Both the position numbers and the translations under genes were made by a program. This document shows positions 1 through 9,857 of a stretch of 64,000 nucleotides of DNA, piece after piece. Positions within the stretch are counted from its first letter, which is position 1. Each line of letters opens with the position of its first letter. This stretch comes from an uncultured delta proteobacterium (GTDB lineage: Bacteria > Desulfobacterota > Binatia > UBA9968): NCBI GenBank assembly GCA_963840855.1, contig CAWJBB010000030.1:64001-128000 (forward strand), given 5' to 3'. The notes beneath the pieces are model-generated. The model saw only the letters and a list, made by a program, of their open reading frames with translations. It searched no databases and was not told where the DNA came from.

Positions 1-918
1 CGTCGTCCCGGACACGATCATGCGCCGGTCGACGATATCTTTCGTATAAACGTTGTATGAAACCTGCAGCGCTTCTTCATCCTTCACGCGCATCACCTTC
101 GCGATGGCGGCCTTGGCTTTAGCCGGATTTTTATCGGCATAATGGATCGCCTCGGCGAATGCGGCGACCATGCGCTGGACAATCTCCGGCCGCTCTTTAA
201 TGGAGCGCGTGCTGGCGTGCAATGAGCTATAGATGAAAGGTATATCGAGATCGATCAGGCGATAAGTCACGTTGTATCCTTCATTCTTGGCTCGCACGTC
301 CAGTGGCGGCGTAATCACTACGCCTTGAACGATGTTGGCCGCCATGGCTTGAAAGCGCTCCGATTGACTGCCGCCGATGGGCCGCATGGTCACATCGGGA
401 ACGTTGAATTTTTTCACCAAAATGCGCGAGAGCCGATCGCTCAAGTCGCCGGCCCGCACCACCCCCAAAGATTTGCCCTTGAGATCTTCGACGCGCCGGA
501 TCTCTTTTCGCGTCACCAAAACAAACGGCAACTTGACCAGCGGCGCGGCGACGAGTTTCACGTCTATACCGGCGGCCAGGGACGGCAGAGTGGCATCGGC
601 GGCGCAGTATAGGAATTGAATCTCGTCCGCCGTGAGCGCTGCCACCGACGGGCCGCTGCCGCGGATATAGACGTGCTCCATCTTGAAGCCGTACTTGTCA
701 AAAAGATTGTTTTGGAGAGCGGTGTAAAGATGGATGAAGCCGCCCGAAACCGCGCACGTGGCGATACGAATGTTGATCCCGCGCTCACCCGGCTTTGCCA
801 GATACGGGTTGGCATGGGCAACTGCCGCTATCAGCAGGGCGCTGACAATGACTAGCATCGCCCGATGAACAAAATGAAGCGATCGTCGAAGCAATCGAGC
901 AAGATCGGCGCGGGTCAT
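1..918 (-). CDS. ABC transporter substrate-binding protein, NMT1/THI5/SsuA-like (3' end runs off window)
   Basis: Not in the ORF track; translated by hand. ATG at 918 with AAGGAG RBS (925-930); signal peptide; FDKYGFKMEHVYIRGSGPSVAAL, VEDLKGKSLGV and IKERPEIVQRMVAA are typical of the family. Confidence 0.85.
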   Translation of the reverse strand, partial: MTRADLARLLRRSLHFVHRAMLVIVSALLIAAVAHANPYLAKPGERGINIRIATCAVSGGFIHLYTALQNNLFDKYGFKMEHVYIRGSGPSVAALTADEIQFLYCAADATLPSLAAGIDVKLVAAPLVKLPFVLVTRKEIRRVEDLKGKSLGVVRAGDLSDRLSRILVKKFNVPDVTMRPIGGSQSERFQAMAANIVQGVVITPPLDVRAKNEGYNVTYRLIDLDIPFIYSSLHASTRSIKERPEIVQRMVAAFAEAIHYADKNPAKAKAAIAKVMRVKDEEALQVSYNVYTKDIVDRRMIVSGTT

Positions 919-1013
919 GGTAAACTCCTTTTGCGGAACTCTAACGACATGGACAGCGGCGGATCATAGGCGATTCCCCTTGCGGTTTCAAATCGCCACA
1001 GCTTCCGCGCGGT

Positions 1014-2048
1014 TCAAACCGCAAAACGAAAATGAATGATGTCGCCGTCCTGGACGATATAGTCCTTGCCTTCGAGGCGGAGCTTGCCCGCTTCTTTGCA
1101 CTTTGCTTCGCTGCCATAAGCGATGAAGTCTTCATAGGCGACCGCTTCAGCCCGAATGAATCCGCGCTCGATATCGCTGTGAATTTTACCGGCCGCCTTT
1201 CTTGCGTTCGTCTCCTTGGTAATCGTCCAGGCGCGCACTTCGTCGTCGCCCGTGGTCAGGAAGCTGATTAGATTGAGAAGACGATAGGACGCCCGGATAA
1301 ATCTGTTCCTTGCCGATTCCTGAATGCCGATCTCCTTGAGAAAAGCTTCCCGGTCGGCCTCATCCAACTGCGCGATCTCCATCTCGACCTTGCCGGCGAG
1401 CGCCAGACCTTCAAGCCCGCGCCGCTTTAATTCTTCGTCATACTGCGGCGCCAGCGCCCGCCCGGCTTTGTCGTCGCCTTGATTGAAAAGCGCTAGGACC
1501 GGCTTGCGGCTGAGAAAACCAAAACCGGAAAGCAGATTTTCTTCATCCGGGTTGAAGGGCAAATTTCTCAAGCTCTCCTCGTTCTCCAGGGTTTTGGCGC
1601 AGCGTTCCAGCACCGCTTCTTCCAATGGCCGGGCCTTTTCCTTTTTCAAACGGGCGCGGCGATTTTCCACAGCGGTCATGTCCGCCAGAATCATGTCGGT
1701 CAGCAAATCATTCAGCGCCCGCAGCGGACCGGCGCCGAACTCAAAGTCATTGAGCACCAGCGCGATGGCATCCACCTCGCGCATCTGTGTGATGATGGTA
1801 TTATCGGACTTGAGATTTTCTTCTCCCTCGCTGGGGGGAAAATCGGTGAAACGGATCTCGGCGTAGGTGGTCTTTTTAGGCTTGTAGATCTGCGCCAGTT
1901 TGTCGACGCGCGCGTCGGGAACTTTTATGACGCCCAAGTGGACCTCTTCTTTGCCGCCGAAGCCGCCCACTTGCGCTTGCAGGCCCGTCAGCATATTGAA
2001 GATAGTGGTCTTGCCGGCGCCTCGGTGGCCGATCAAACCTACTTTCAT
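1014..2048 (-). CDS. ychF: YchF-like Obg-family ATPase/GTPase, divergent paralog
   Basis: P-loop GHRGAGKTT; VPDARVDKLAQIYKPKKTTYA; C-terminal TGS/DUF933 (VRAWTI, AAGKIHSDIERGFIRAE, GKLRLEGKDYIVQDGDIIHFRF). Confidence 0.85.
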   Translation of the reverse strand: MKVGLIGHRGAGKTTIFNMLTGLQAQVGGFGGKEEVHLGVIKVPDARVDKLAQIYKPKKTTYAEIRFTDFPPSEGEENLKSDNTIITQMREVDAIALVLNDFEFGAGPLRALNDLLTDMILADMTAVENRRARLKKEKARPLEEAVLERCAKTLENEESLRNLPFNPDEENLLSGFGFLSRKPVLALFNQGDDKAGRALAPQYDEELKRRGLEGLALAGKVEMEIAQLDEADREAFLKEIGIQESARNRFIRASYRLLNLISFLTTGDDEVRAWTITKETNARKAAGKIHSDIERGFIRAEAVAYEDFIAYGSEAKCKEAGKLRLEGKDYIVQDGDIIHFRFAV

Positions 2049-2244
2049 TTTCTCTCTGTCTCCTGACTCTTGGGTTTGAGTCAGTCAATTTAGCAGGAAT
2101 ATCAAGCTGAATAAAACCGAGAGGCCGGCGTGGGGGGTGGTGAATTTCGGCGCACAACGCAATATCGCACGGCTTCCGAGGAGGTCTAGGGAACTGCGAC
2201 GGCTGCAAAAGTTGGGCAATTGGTTTGGCGTTAATTCGCGGCGG

Positions 2245-3685
2245 TTACGGCTTCAACGCAAGAAACATGCTCCCCTTATCGCGTTTAACCAGAAATAGAA
2301 TCGATTTGCCGCTTTCCACGCGAGAGATTTCCCGTTTGTAATCGGCCATATCGCGCACTGGACGACGATTGATCTCGGTGATTGCATCGCCGCGCCTGAT
2401 ACCGGCTTCATCTGCGGCGCTTCCGGGTTTGACTGAAGTGACTACCAACCCCTCGGCACGCTCCAAGCCCAGGCTTTCAGCCATTGCTGGTGTTACCGGC
2501 TGTACCGCCATGCCGAAATCACCCTTCCCTGATTCGGCTACGACTTCGCTATCATTCATTTCACCGATCTGAACGGCAATGCTTGACGGCTTTGCATCGC
2601 GCAGGATTTTCACTTGCGCCGTCTTCCCCGGCGCCACGCGCGCGACCTCGAGCGGCAGATCGGCGGAGTCTTTGATCGCCTTGCCATTGAACTCGATGAT
2701 GACGTCTCCCGATTTGATGCCCGAGCGCTCCGCCGGCCCGCCTTCGGCAACGTCGGCGACCAGCGCCCCGCTCTCGTTCTTCAAACCCATCGTCGCGGCG
2801 ATGTCGCTTGTAACTTTTTGAATTGTCACCCCGAGGTAGCCCCGAACGACTTTACCTTTGTCTTTAAGTTGGGGTACCAGTTCTCTTGCCAGGTTCGCCG
2901 GAATGGCAAAGCCGATGCCCATATTGCCGCCCGTTTGGCTGAAGATCGCCGTATTGATGCCCACCACTTCACCGCGCAAGTTGACCAGTGGCCCGCCGGA
3001 ATTTCCCGGATTGATCGAGGCATCGGTTTGGATAAAACTATCGTAGGGTCCCGCGCCAATATGCCGCCCTTTGGCGCTGACGATTCCCGTAGTGACCGTG
3101 TGATCCAGTCCAAAAGAATTGCCGATGGCTATGACCCATTCGCCGACTTCGAGCTGATCGGAGTCCCCCAACGTGGCGGCGGGTAAATTTTGCTTTACGT
3201 TGATTTTGAGAATTGCGATGTCGCTCTTTGGATCCTTGCCCAAGACTTTGGCGTCGAAACTCTTGCCGTCCGCCAAGGTCACGACGACCTTTTCAGCGCC
3301 GTCGACGACATGATTATTGGTGATAATGGTGCCGTCGGAGTCAATGATGAAACCCGACCCGAGACCCCGCTGGCGCTGGGGCGAATTGGGTAATTGGCCG
3401 CCGAAAGGAGAGGGCATACCCTGTGCGGGTCTTCGCGCCTGCGTCGTGGCGATATTAACCACCGATGGCCCGATCTTTTTCACCAAGCTGACGAAATCGG
3501 GTAAGTTTCGGCTCTCTGGAGCCGAAGGTTTGGCGTTCGGCGTATCCACCGCATGGGCTAAATGAGCAGCGAAATAAGTACCCAGTCGTCTTGTTCCAGC
3601 TGAAAACAGCGAAGAGAAAAAACAGGCCGATAACGGCGGCCCCGCCCGGCTTGATCTTGCGAATTCGCAACCCTGTTACTGCCAT
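2245..3685 (-). CDS. DegQ/DegP (Do-family) periplasmic serine protease with 2 PDZ domains; apparent 1-nt frameshift near 3575
   Basis: GSGFII, TNNHVV, SDIA, IQTDASINPGNSGGPL and two PDZ domains. The signal/TM segment starts at ATG 3685 (GGAGGA RBS) in another frame and joins at TTATTTCG near 3575. Confidence 0.9.
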
Positions 3686-3800
3686 TCTAATCCTCCGGTA
3701 AAAGTATGAATTTGCCCCGAACATCGCCGCGCGCAACAGCCCTGCGCGGCAGCCACCCACGCGGCGGTAATCGCATCGGATATCGCGCCGGGCGCCATCG

Positions 3801-4253
3801 TTAGCTCGCCAATCTTTTCCGGTGCTCCTTCGCCGGCGCCGTGGCCAGCGCTTCTTGTTTCCAACGCGTCAACCCATCGCGAAGATAGCTGGCGTCAAAG
3901 CCCAGCACGTCACAGATGTTTTCAAACGAAAAAATGTAGGAGGCGTCGTGGTCAAGGATCCATTCCTCGGCGTCTTGAAAAAGAGCCTTCTTCCGTTTGC
4001 AGTCCGTGCCGAAGTTATCTTGAAAACAAACAATGGCATCCTCCAGAAGCGCAAGCATCAACACTTTCTCGGGCTCCTGGTGGAACCGTCTCTGATGGGT
4101 CGCCTGGTACTGTGTTTGGATCAAAATGTCAGGCTGAAACAATGCCTCCATGTTGAAACCCGCGCCATGCCCGGCTTCATGGACGGCGAACGGCTGAGGA
4201 CTTCGGCCGGCTCCGTCTGAAACCGCGGTTTTGGCGCTCTTCCGTCGAATCAT
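3801..4253 (-). CDS. Conserved hypothetical helical protein (paralog of 35935-36309)
   Basis: GGAGG RBS; shares the pattern PD..Q..EK.LM.A.L.DA..C...EW.....FSF.NICD.LGFD..Y.R..L with the second copy. Confidence 0.8.
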   Translation of the reverse strand: MIRRKSAKTAVSDGAGRSPQPFAVHEAGHGAGFNMEALFQPDILIQTQYQATHQRRFHQEPEKVLMLALLEDAIVCFQDNFGTDCKRKKALFQDAEEWILDHDASYIFSFENICDVLGFDASYLRDGLTRWKQEALATAPAKEHRKRLAS

Positions 4254-4461
4254 AACTTACCTCCATGACGCTTAAAGGGCCGTATTATGGCGTCATAGCC
4301 CTTTGACGACTTAAACCCCCATTTTGTTCCAAATATTCCCTTTGGCGCACCAACGTAGGGGTAAAATCCTTGACGCATCGGCGGCGGCGCAAATTTAGCC
4401 AACTGACTCGGCCGCACAGCTATTTCCTTAATTGATAGAGGGTTACCGCTCGCCGAAATGG

Positions 4462-4489
4462 TTGACCCCCCACTCCAAGGTGGTACATT
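4462..4489 (+). promoter_or_regulatory. Putative sigma70 promoter for ribBX
   Basis: TTGACC-N16-TACATT with an extended -10 TG; implies a very short leader. Confidence 0.35.
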
Positions 4490-4497
4490 AGGAGCCG

Positions 4498-5676
4498 ATG
4501 CCACTGGCGAGCATAAAAGAATCCATCGACGAAATCAGACGCGGTAGAATGGTCATCCTCATGGATGACAAAGACCGCGAAAACGAAGGCGACCTCTGCA
4601 TGGCCGCCGAGAAGGTAACGCCGGAAGCCATCAACTTCATGGCCACCCATGGACGCGGCCTGATCTGTCTGCCACTGACCGAAGCGAGAGTCAGGTATAT
4701 GGGCATCTCGATGATGGTGTCGGAGAACACTTCACCCTTCGGCACAGCGTTTACGGTGTCCGTGGACGCCGCGGCTGGAATCACGACCGGGATCTCCGCC
4801 GCCGACCGGGCCAAGACAATCCTCGACGCGATTGCGGACGATGCCAAACCGCAGGATCTGGTTACGCCGGGCCATATATTTCCTTTGCGGGCGCGAAACG
4901 GCGGCGTGTTGGTGCGCGCGGGACAAACCGAAGGCTCGGTGGATTTGGCACGCCTCGCGGGGCTCAAGCCCGCCGGCGTGATCTGCGAGATCATGAGGGA
5001 CGACGGCACCATGGCACGCCAGCCCGACCTCATGAAGTTCGCGCGCAAGCACAAACTCAAAGTTTGCACTATAGCCGACCTCATCCAATATCGGCTAAAC
5101 TACGAATCGCTGGTTTTCCGCGCCGCCGCGGCGCCATTGCCGACCCGTGCGGGCGGCCTGTTCCATGCCATCGTTTATAATACCCATGTCGATCAAAACG
5201 AGCACCTGGCATTGATCAAAGGCGAGATTTCCCCAAAAGATGAAACCCTCGTGCGAGTCCACACGAAGTATGTGCCGGGGGATGTCTTTGGTTTCGAGCT
5301 TCTGAATACTGGGGCGATAATTCAACGTTCGCTGGAGATCATCGGGCAGGAAGGCAAAGGGGTCATCCTATATCTACAACCGGATCAAAAATTGCACCGT
5401 CCGTCGAGGGTGGCCTACCCGAGAGTCGAAGGCAAACGAAAGAAGGACATGAACCCGTCTTTCGTGTATCGGGCCGACTTCAAAGAGTACGGCATCGGCG
5501 CGCAAATTTTGCGCGACCTAGGGGTGCGCAAGATGCGCCTATTGACGAACAATAAAACGCACCTCGTCGGGCTGGGAGGTTACGGCTTGGAAGTGACTTC
5601 GTTGGTGCCGATCCCGCGCGATCAGCCGCTGCGGGTTGCGGCAAAGCCGAAAAAGACCGGAACCAAGAGCGCATAG
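4498..5676 (+). CDS. ribB: 3,4-dihydroxy-2-butanone-4-phosphate synthase fused to a degenerate GTP cyclohydrolase II domain (RibBX type)
   Basis: DDKDRENEGDL, GRGLIC, TAFTVSVDA, PGHIFPL and RAGQTEGSVDL. The C-domain reads VRVHTKYVPGDVFG without the Zn-binding cysteines; YGIGAQILRDLG is retained. Confidence 0.9.
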   Translation: MPLASIKESIDEIRRGRMVILMDDKDRENEGDLCMAAEKVTPEAINFMATHGRGLICLPLTEARVRYMGISMMVSENTSPFGTAFTVSVDAAAGITTGISAADRAKTILDAIADDAKPQDLVTPGHIFPLRARNGGVLVRAGQTEGSVDLARLAGLKPAGVICEIMRDDGTMARQPDLMKFARKHKLKVCTIADLIQYRLNYESLVFRAAAAPLPTRAGGLFHAIVYNTHVDQNEHLALIKGEISPKDETLVRVHTKYVPGDVFGFELLNTGAIIQRSLEIIGQEGKGVILYLQPDQKLHRPSRVAYPRVEGKRKKDMNPSFVYRADFKEYGIGAQILRDLGVRKMRLLTNNKTHLVGLGGYGLEVTSLVPIPRDQPLRVAAKPKKTGTKSA

Positions 5677-5757
5677 CCGAGCGGGCTCGCGGATCACTAG
5701 TTTGACCGGCGTGAGCCTGATTTGAAATCTGCCATTGCGACCAGGAGCGAAGAACCC

Positions 5758-5967
5758 ATGCCCATCTTTGAATACAGTTGCCGCCGTTGCGATTATCATT
5801 TCGAACAAATCGTTCTGTCGGCGCGGGAGAAAATCTCCTGCCCCAAATGCGCCAGCGGTGCCGTCGAGAAACAGTTATCGGTGTTTAGCTCGCCGGGGTC
5901 AGCAAAAGCAGAGAGCGCGGCGGGGACCGGCTGCGCCTGTACGCCGCAAACCTGCGGTTGCCGTTAA
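5758..5967 (+). CDS. FmdB-family zinc-ribbon protein
   Basis: MPIFEYSCRRC...CPKC...KQLSVF with a Cys-rich tail. Confidence 0.85.
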   Translation: MPIFEYSCRRCDYHFEQIVLSAREKISCPKCASGAVEKQLSVFSSPGSAKAESAAGTGCACTPQTCGCR

Positions 5968-6488
5968 TCGTTGTCCGGCGCCTTTAAATAGCCCGGTAAG
6001 TCGGGCTTGATTCTTCTAAGCGCTTCGCCGACGTTCGAGAACAGCCGCTCTTCAACCAACTGTCCGTTGACCCAGTAGTCGAGAGAGGGCGCATCGGTAA
6101 AGTTGATATCGACGTAACGCTCGCCGACCGGCTGCCCCGTTATCACTATCCTCAAGGAATACCCCGCGTCAATTAAAATGGCTCGGGCGCCCGGCGGCAG
6201 CGGCAAGCCGCTTTTGATTCTCGCCAATTTATCCGCTGGATAGGTGCCGACGTCCAGGGAATAATAGGTCCATTCGCCGGCGTTACTGGAGAGCGAGTTT
6301 AAGATTTTCGGATTGATATCGACAAGATTTTTTGCCGCGAGATCTTGGTTGTAGCCTTTGAGCAACTCGTGGGCCCACTGTTCAATGATGCCCTTTACCG
6401 GAGCAGCCGGCTTTTCGCGATCCTTTACCGGTCCGCGGTCGATCCACCACTTGGTTTCTTCAAATTGCGCGTCTTTTTCATCCGCCAT
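5964..6488 (-). CDS. Hypothetical protein
   Basis: 174-aa ORF with natural composition, co-oriented with the upstream gene; no family recognised. Confidence 0.65.
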   Translation of the reverse strand: MADEKDAQFEETKWWIDRGPVKDREKPAAPVKGIIEQWAHELLKGYNQDLAAKNLVDINPKILNSLSSNAGEWTYYSLDVGTYPADKLARIKSGLPLPPGARAILIDAGYSLRIVITGQPVGERYVDINFTDAPSLDYWVNGQLVEERLFSNVGEALRRIKPDLPGYLKAPDND

Positions 6489-6521
6489 GGCGAAAAATCC
6501 CGCTCGCGAGCGGCAGCGCGA

Positions 6522-7514
6522 TTAGATTTTGAAATCCTCCAGCGTGCTTTTGGCGAAAAGCGAATCGACCTCCAAGCGCTTGCTGATCAATCCTTGCTCA
6601 TGGCTGTATTGGATCAGGGTTTCCAAGATATGACGATTCGCGTCCAGACCGTAAGCCCAGGGATCTTCGCCGAGAACTTCCCGTTCCTTTTCCATCTCAT
6701 CGATGGACCATGCCAGCATATATTTCAGAGCGGAAAATTCGTACATCGTTTCCTGGCAGACTCTTTTTGATTCGTTGAAGGCCTTGAAAAGACTCTGGGC
6801 GATCCAGGGATGCTGTTCGTAAACCTCTTCACGGATCACGATGGTGTGCATGATGGGAAAAATCTTGGTGCGTTTGAAATACTCCTGTTCCACCTCGCGA
6901 AAGTTGGGGATCAACCGGTGAACCTTAGGATGGCGGCGCACGAAGGGCGACGGTATATGCGCCGAAATCATCGCGTCGATTTCGCCTCGTTCAAGCATGC
7001 CCGAAAGGGTTTTGTCGGCGGGTATTGGCTGGATATCGATGTTTGGCGGCAAATTATGCTTGACTTTGTCTTGGCGGCCCGGATGCTCTTCACCTCCGGT
7101 AAACCATTTCATTTTCTCCGGCGCTACGCCGTATTCATGCTGCAAGATGCCGCGCGCCCAGGTCGCCATCGTAATCTGGTACTCGGGAACGCCCACCCTC
7201 TTGCTCGCCATGTCGGCCGGCTTTTTTATACCCGAATCGGTGTTGATATAGATGCAGGAGTGGCGAAACGTCTTGGATGGAAACACCGGTATGCCTATCA
7301 GTCTTGGCGCGCCTTTATCCCGCGACATCAAAAAGGATCCCGTGGACATCTCCGCGACGTCAAATTCGCCGTAGCGCAGCATGCGCCAAAAGGTTTCCTC
7401 CACGCGCAATGGCAGGTAGGTGAGATCGACCCCTTCTACTTCCACCCGCCCGTCTTGCAGGGCGCGGGTGCGGTCGTAATCCCAACAAGCCAAAGTCAGT
7501 CGAATCTTACTCAT
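6522..7514 (-). CDS. 4,5-dihydroxyphthalate decarboxylase-like protein (periplasmic-binding-protein fold)
   Basis: LTLACWDYDRTRAL, EFDVAEMS, IPVFPSKTFRHSCIY, RVGVPEYQITMATWARGIL, TKIFPIMHT, DPWAYG; start ATG 7514 with AGGAG RBS. Confidence 0.8.
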   Translation of the reverse strand: MSKIRLTLACWDYDRTRALQDGRVEVEGVDLTYLPLRVEETFWRMLRYGEFDVAEMSTGSFLMSRDKGAPRLIGIPVFPSKTFRHSCIYINTDSGIKKPADMASKRVGVPEYQITMATWARGILQHEYGVAPEKMKWFTGGEEHPGRQDKVKHNLPPNIDIQPIPADKTLSGMLERGEIDAMISAHIPSPFVRRHPKVHRLIPNFREVEQEYFKRTKIFPIMHTIVIREEVYEQHPWIAQSLFKAFNESKRVCQETMYEFSALKYMLAWSIDEMEKEREVLGEDPWAYGLDANRHILETLIQYSHEQGLISKRLEVDSLFAKSTLEDFKI

Positions 7515-7556
7515 GATCTGCTCCTGGATGTAAGCTCCGTGCATCGCACGAGAAAT

Positions 7557-7772
7557 TTATTTCACCCTGGCGAGAAACTCGCCGGCGCCGATGACGAACT
7601 GGTCTTTTTCCCCTTGCAACACCACCGCGGCTTCGCCGGAAGCCAGCGTCGTGCGCAGCTGAATTATGTAGGGCTTACCGTCGAATGTCACCTGCTGGCC
7701 GGGGTGGAAGCGGCTGAGTTTCTCGTGATCCTGTTGGGGATCGATTCTTTCCATGAGTGATTTTAATAGCAT
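7557..7772 (-). CDS. Small hypothetical protein
   Basis: 71-aa beta-rich ORF co-oriented with its neighbours. Confidence 0.6.
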   Translation of the reverse strand: MLLKSLMERIDPQQDHEKLSRFHPGQQVTFDGKPYIIQLRTTLASGEAAVVLQGEKDQFVIGAGEFLARVK

Positions 7773-7874
7773 ATCGTGTGTGAAAGCTTAAATCACCGTG
7801 GCGGGTCTCGTGAGGAGAGAAATTTGACATGAGTAGGCGCGGAGATTAGAGTCCAAGCTAATGAAGGAGGAAGC

Positions 7875-8822
7875 ATGCGTATCGCCGTGATGGGCGCTGG
7901 AGCCGTCGGTGGATACTTTGGCGCGAAGCTCGCCGCGTCCGGCCATGATGTTGCGTTCATCGCCCGCGGCAAACATTTGGATGCGCTGCGGCGCAACGGC
8001 CTGCGCGTTAATAGTCCAAGCGGCAATTTAGACATCAGAAATGCCCTGTTCACTGCCGATGCCGCCCAAGCCGGAGGCGCCGACTTGATTCTATTTTGCG
8101 TCAAGTCCTACGACACTGAAGCTGCGGCTGAACGGCTCCGACCGATCATCGGCGCCAGGACCGTGATCCTGTCCCTCCAAAATGGCGTCGATAACACCGA
8201 CAAAATCGCTCGCCGCTTCGACGATCGCCGTACCCTGGCCGGCGTCGTCTACGTGGGCGCGCAGGTCATCTCGCCCGGCGTGATCGAGCATTCAACCGGC
8301 GGCAGTATCATTTTCGGCCCGAGGACGGGAGGCGACAGCGAAGCAACGAAAATCGTTCATCAGGCGCTTGCCACTGCGACGATTCCCTGCGAAGCGAGCG
8401 CGGAAATCCAAAAAGCGCAGTGGCGGAAACTCCTGTGGAACTCGCCTTTCTGTGCGATCAGTTGTCTGACGCGGGCCACGGTTAAGGATATCGTCGAATC
8501 CGAGTCGCTCGCCAAACTCGCTGTCGATTGCATGGCGGAAGTCAGGCAATCGGCTCAAACCCGCGATATCGATCTCTCCCCCGAGCTCTTCGACGAAACG
8601 CTGCAGTTTTCGCAAGGTCTCGGAGCCTTCAAACCATCGATGCTGCAAGACCTGGAGGCGGGAAAGCCGCTTGAATACGAAGCGTTCAACGGGATCGTCG
8701 TTAGGTTGCTCAGCGACGCGGGCAAGGACGCGCCGGTCAATAGGGTTTTTTACGGCGCGTTAAAATTCTTAGATAACAAAATCCGCGAGGAGGCATCGCG
8801 CTCAAACCATGCGTCGACATAA
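7875..8822 (+). CDS. panE: 2-dehydropantoate 2-reductase (PanE/ApbA family)
   Basis: MRIAVMGAGAVGGYFG, VKSYDT, SLQNG, WRKLLWN, KPSMLQDLEAGKPLE. Confidence 0.9.
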   Translation: MRIAVMGAGAVGGYFGAKLAASGHDVAFIARGKHLDALRRNGLRVNSPSGNLDIRNALFTADAAQAGGADLILFCVKSYDTEAAAERLRPIIGARTVILSLQNGVDNTDKIARRFDDRRTLAGVVYVGAQVISPGVIEHSTGGSIIFGPRTGGDSEATKIVHQALATATIPCEASAEIQKAQWRKLLWNSPFCAISCLTRATVKDIVESESLAKLAVDCMAEVRQSAQTRDIDLSPELFDETLQFSQGLGAFKPSMLQDLEAGKPLEYEAFNGIVVRLLSDAGKDAPVNRVFYGALKFLDNKIREEASRSNHAST

Positions 8823-9714
8823 TCGAATAGTACAGGCCGTGCTTTGGCTGGCCGCTTTTGCACCGCTCATGGGTCTTCCCGTTGTTGTTTATGCTCAAGC
8901 CAGCAAAGATCTCGTTGCCAAGGGTCAATACATCTTTGCCGTCGCCGGCGGTTGCGCTTGCCACACGGAACCGAAAGGCACCCCGCACGCGGGCGCGCGC
9001 GCCTTCCCGATACCCTTTGGCACGATCTACAGCACCAATATCACTCAAGACAAAGAAACTGGACTCGGCGACTGGACGGACCAACAGATCCACGATGCCA
9101 TGGTCAAGGGCATTCGTAAGGACGGCAGTAGAATCCTGCCAGTCATGCCCTATGAAAAATATTCCGGCATGGCGCAGGAAGATAGGCAGGCGATGATCGC
9201 GTACATGCGCACGTTGAAGCCGGTGAAAAAAGCCACGCCGGCGTTGAAGACCTGGGCCCCGTTCGCGCGCAGTTTGGGAACACCTTTGTTCCTCCAGGTC
9301 TTTGGCAAATTTAACGCCGCGCCGCCACAGGCGCCCAAAAGCGGCATCCAGCGCGGTCGCTATCTCGTCGATCACGTCGCGCTCTGCGGCGACTGCCACA
9401 CGCCGAGAAATTTCATCGGCGCTCCCAATCAATCCCTCTACATGGCGGGCGCCAGCGAGAAGAATGGACCGCTGGGGGAAGCTGTGCCCAATCTCACGCC
9501 GGATAAAGAAACCGGCATCGGCGATTGGCGGCGCCAAGATATCGCGGAGTTACTCCTTACCGGAATTAAGCCTGACTCCGACAACGTGCAGGGCTTGATG
9601 TACGAAGTCATTCAAGGCACGCCCCATGGCTACAAAGACATGAAGAAAGAAGATGCTTTAGCCATCGCCGATTACATCAAATCCATCCCGGCGATAAAGA
9701 ATAAGGTCAAGTAG
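8809..9714 (+). CDS. Exported diheme cytochrome c (gluconate/aldehyde dehydrogenase cytochrome-subunit-like)
   Basis: Signal peptide; two repeats of G.Y...C(x)xCHT...NI/LT.DKETG.GDW; heme motifs CACH and CGDCH; Met ligands in PVMPY and GLM. Confidence 0.85.
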   Translation: MRRHNRIVQAVLWLAAFAPLMGLPVVVYAQASKDLVAKGQYIFAVAGGCACHTEPKGTPHAGARAFPIPFGTIYSTNITQDKETGLGDWTDQQIHDAMVKGIRKDGSRILPVMPYEKYSGMAQEDRQAMIAYMRTLKPVKKATPALKTWAPFARSLGTPLFLQVFGKFNAAPPQAPKSGIQRGRYLVDHVALCGDCHTPRNFIGAPNQSLYMAGASEKNGPLGEAVPNLTPDKETGIGDWRRQDIAELLLTGIKPDSDNVQGLMYEVIQGTPHGYKDMKKEDALAIADYIKSIPAIKNKVK

Positions 9715-9738
9715 CATGGCCGCACAACTTATTCACGA

Positions 9739-9773
9739 GTTCAATTCGTTCCAATCGTTCAAAACGTTTTGAA
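9739..9773. repeat. 9-nt-period GTTCAA repeat ending in the palindrome TTCAAAACGTTTTGAA
   Basis: 9748-9773 (26 nt) is identical to 31945-31970. Confidence 0.75.
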
Positions 9774-9857
9774 GTGCGCTTGTCGATGACAGGGCCCGGA
9801 GGATCGTTTCACATGGCCGCGGAACGGCGCTGCTTGGAGGGCGGGAGAAAGACACCT

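Noticed and set aside
4254-4497. FMN riboswitch before ribB
   Set aside because: RFN signatures (AGGGCGGGGTG, TTCCCGACCG) are absent.
6522-7514. Phthalate degradation pathway
   Set aside because: No phthalate dioxygenase or dihydrodiol dehydrogenase nearby; the family is broad, so the substrate cannot be assigned.
6810-7760. Long antisense ORFs (e.g. 6810-7760, 8737-9537, 38844-39683, 41253-42062, 62522-63352)
   Set aside because: Shadows of well-supported genes on the opposite strand, as expected from GC-rich codon bias.
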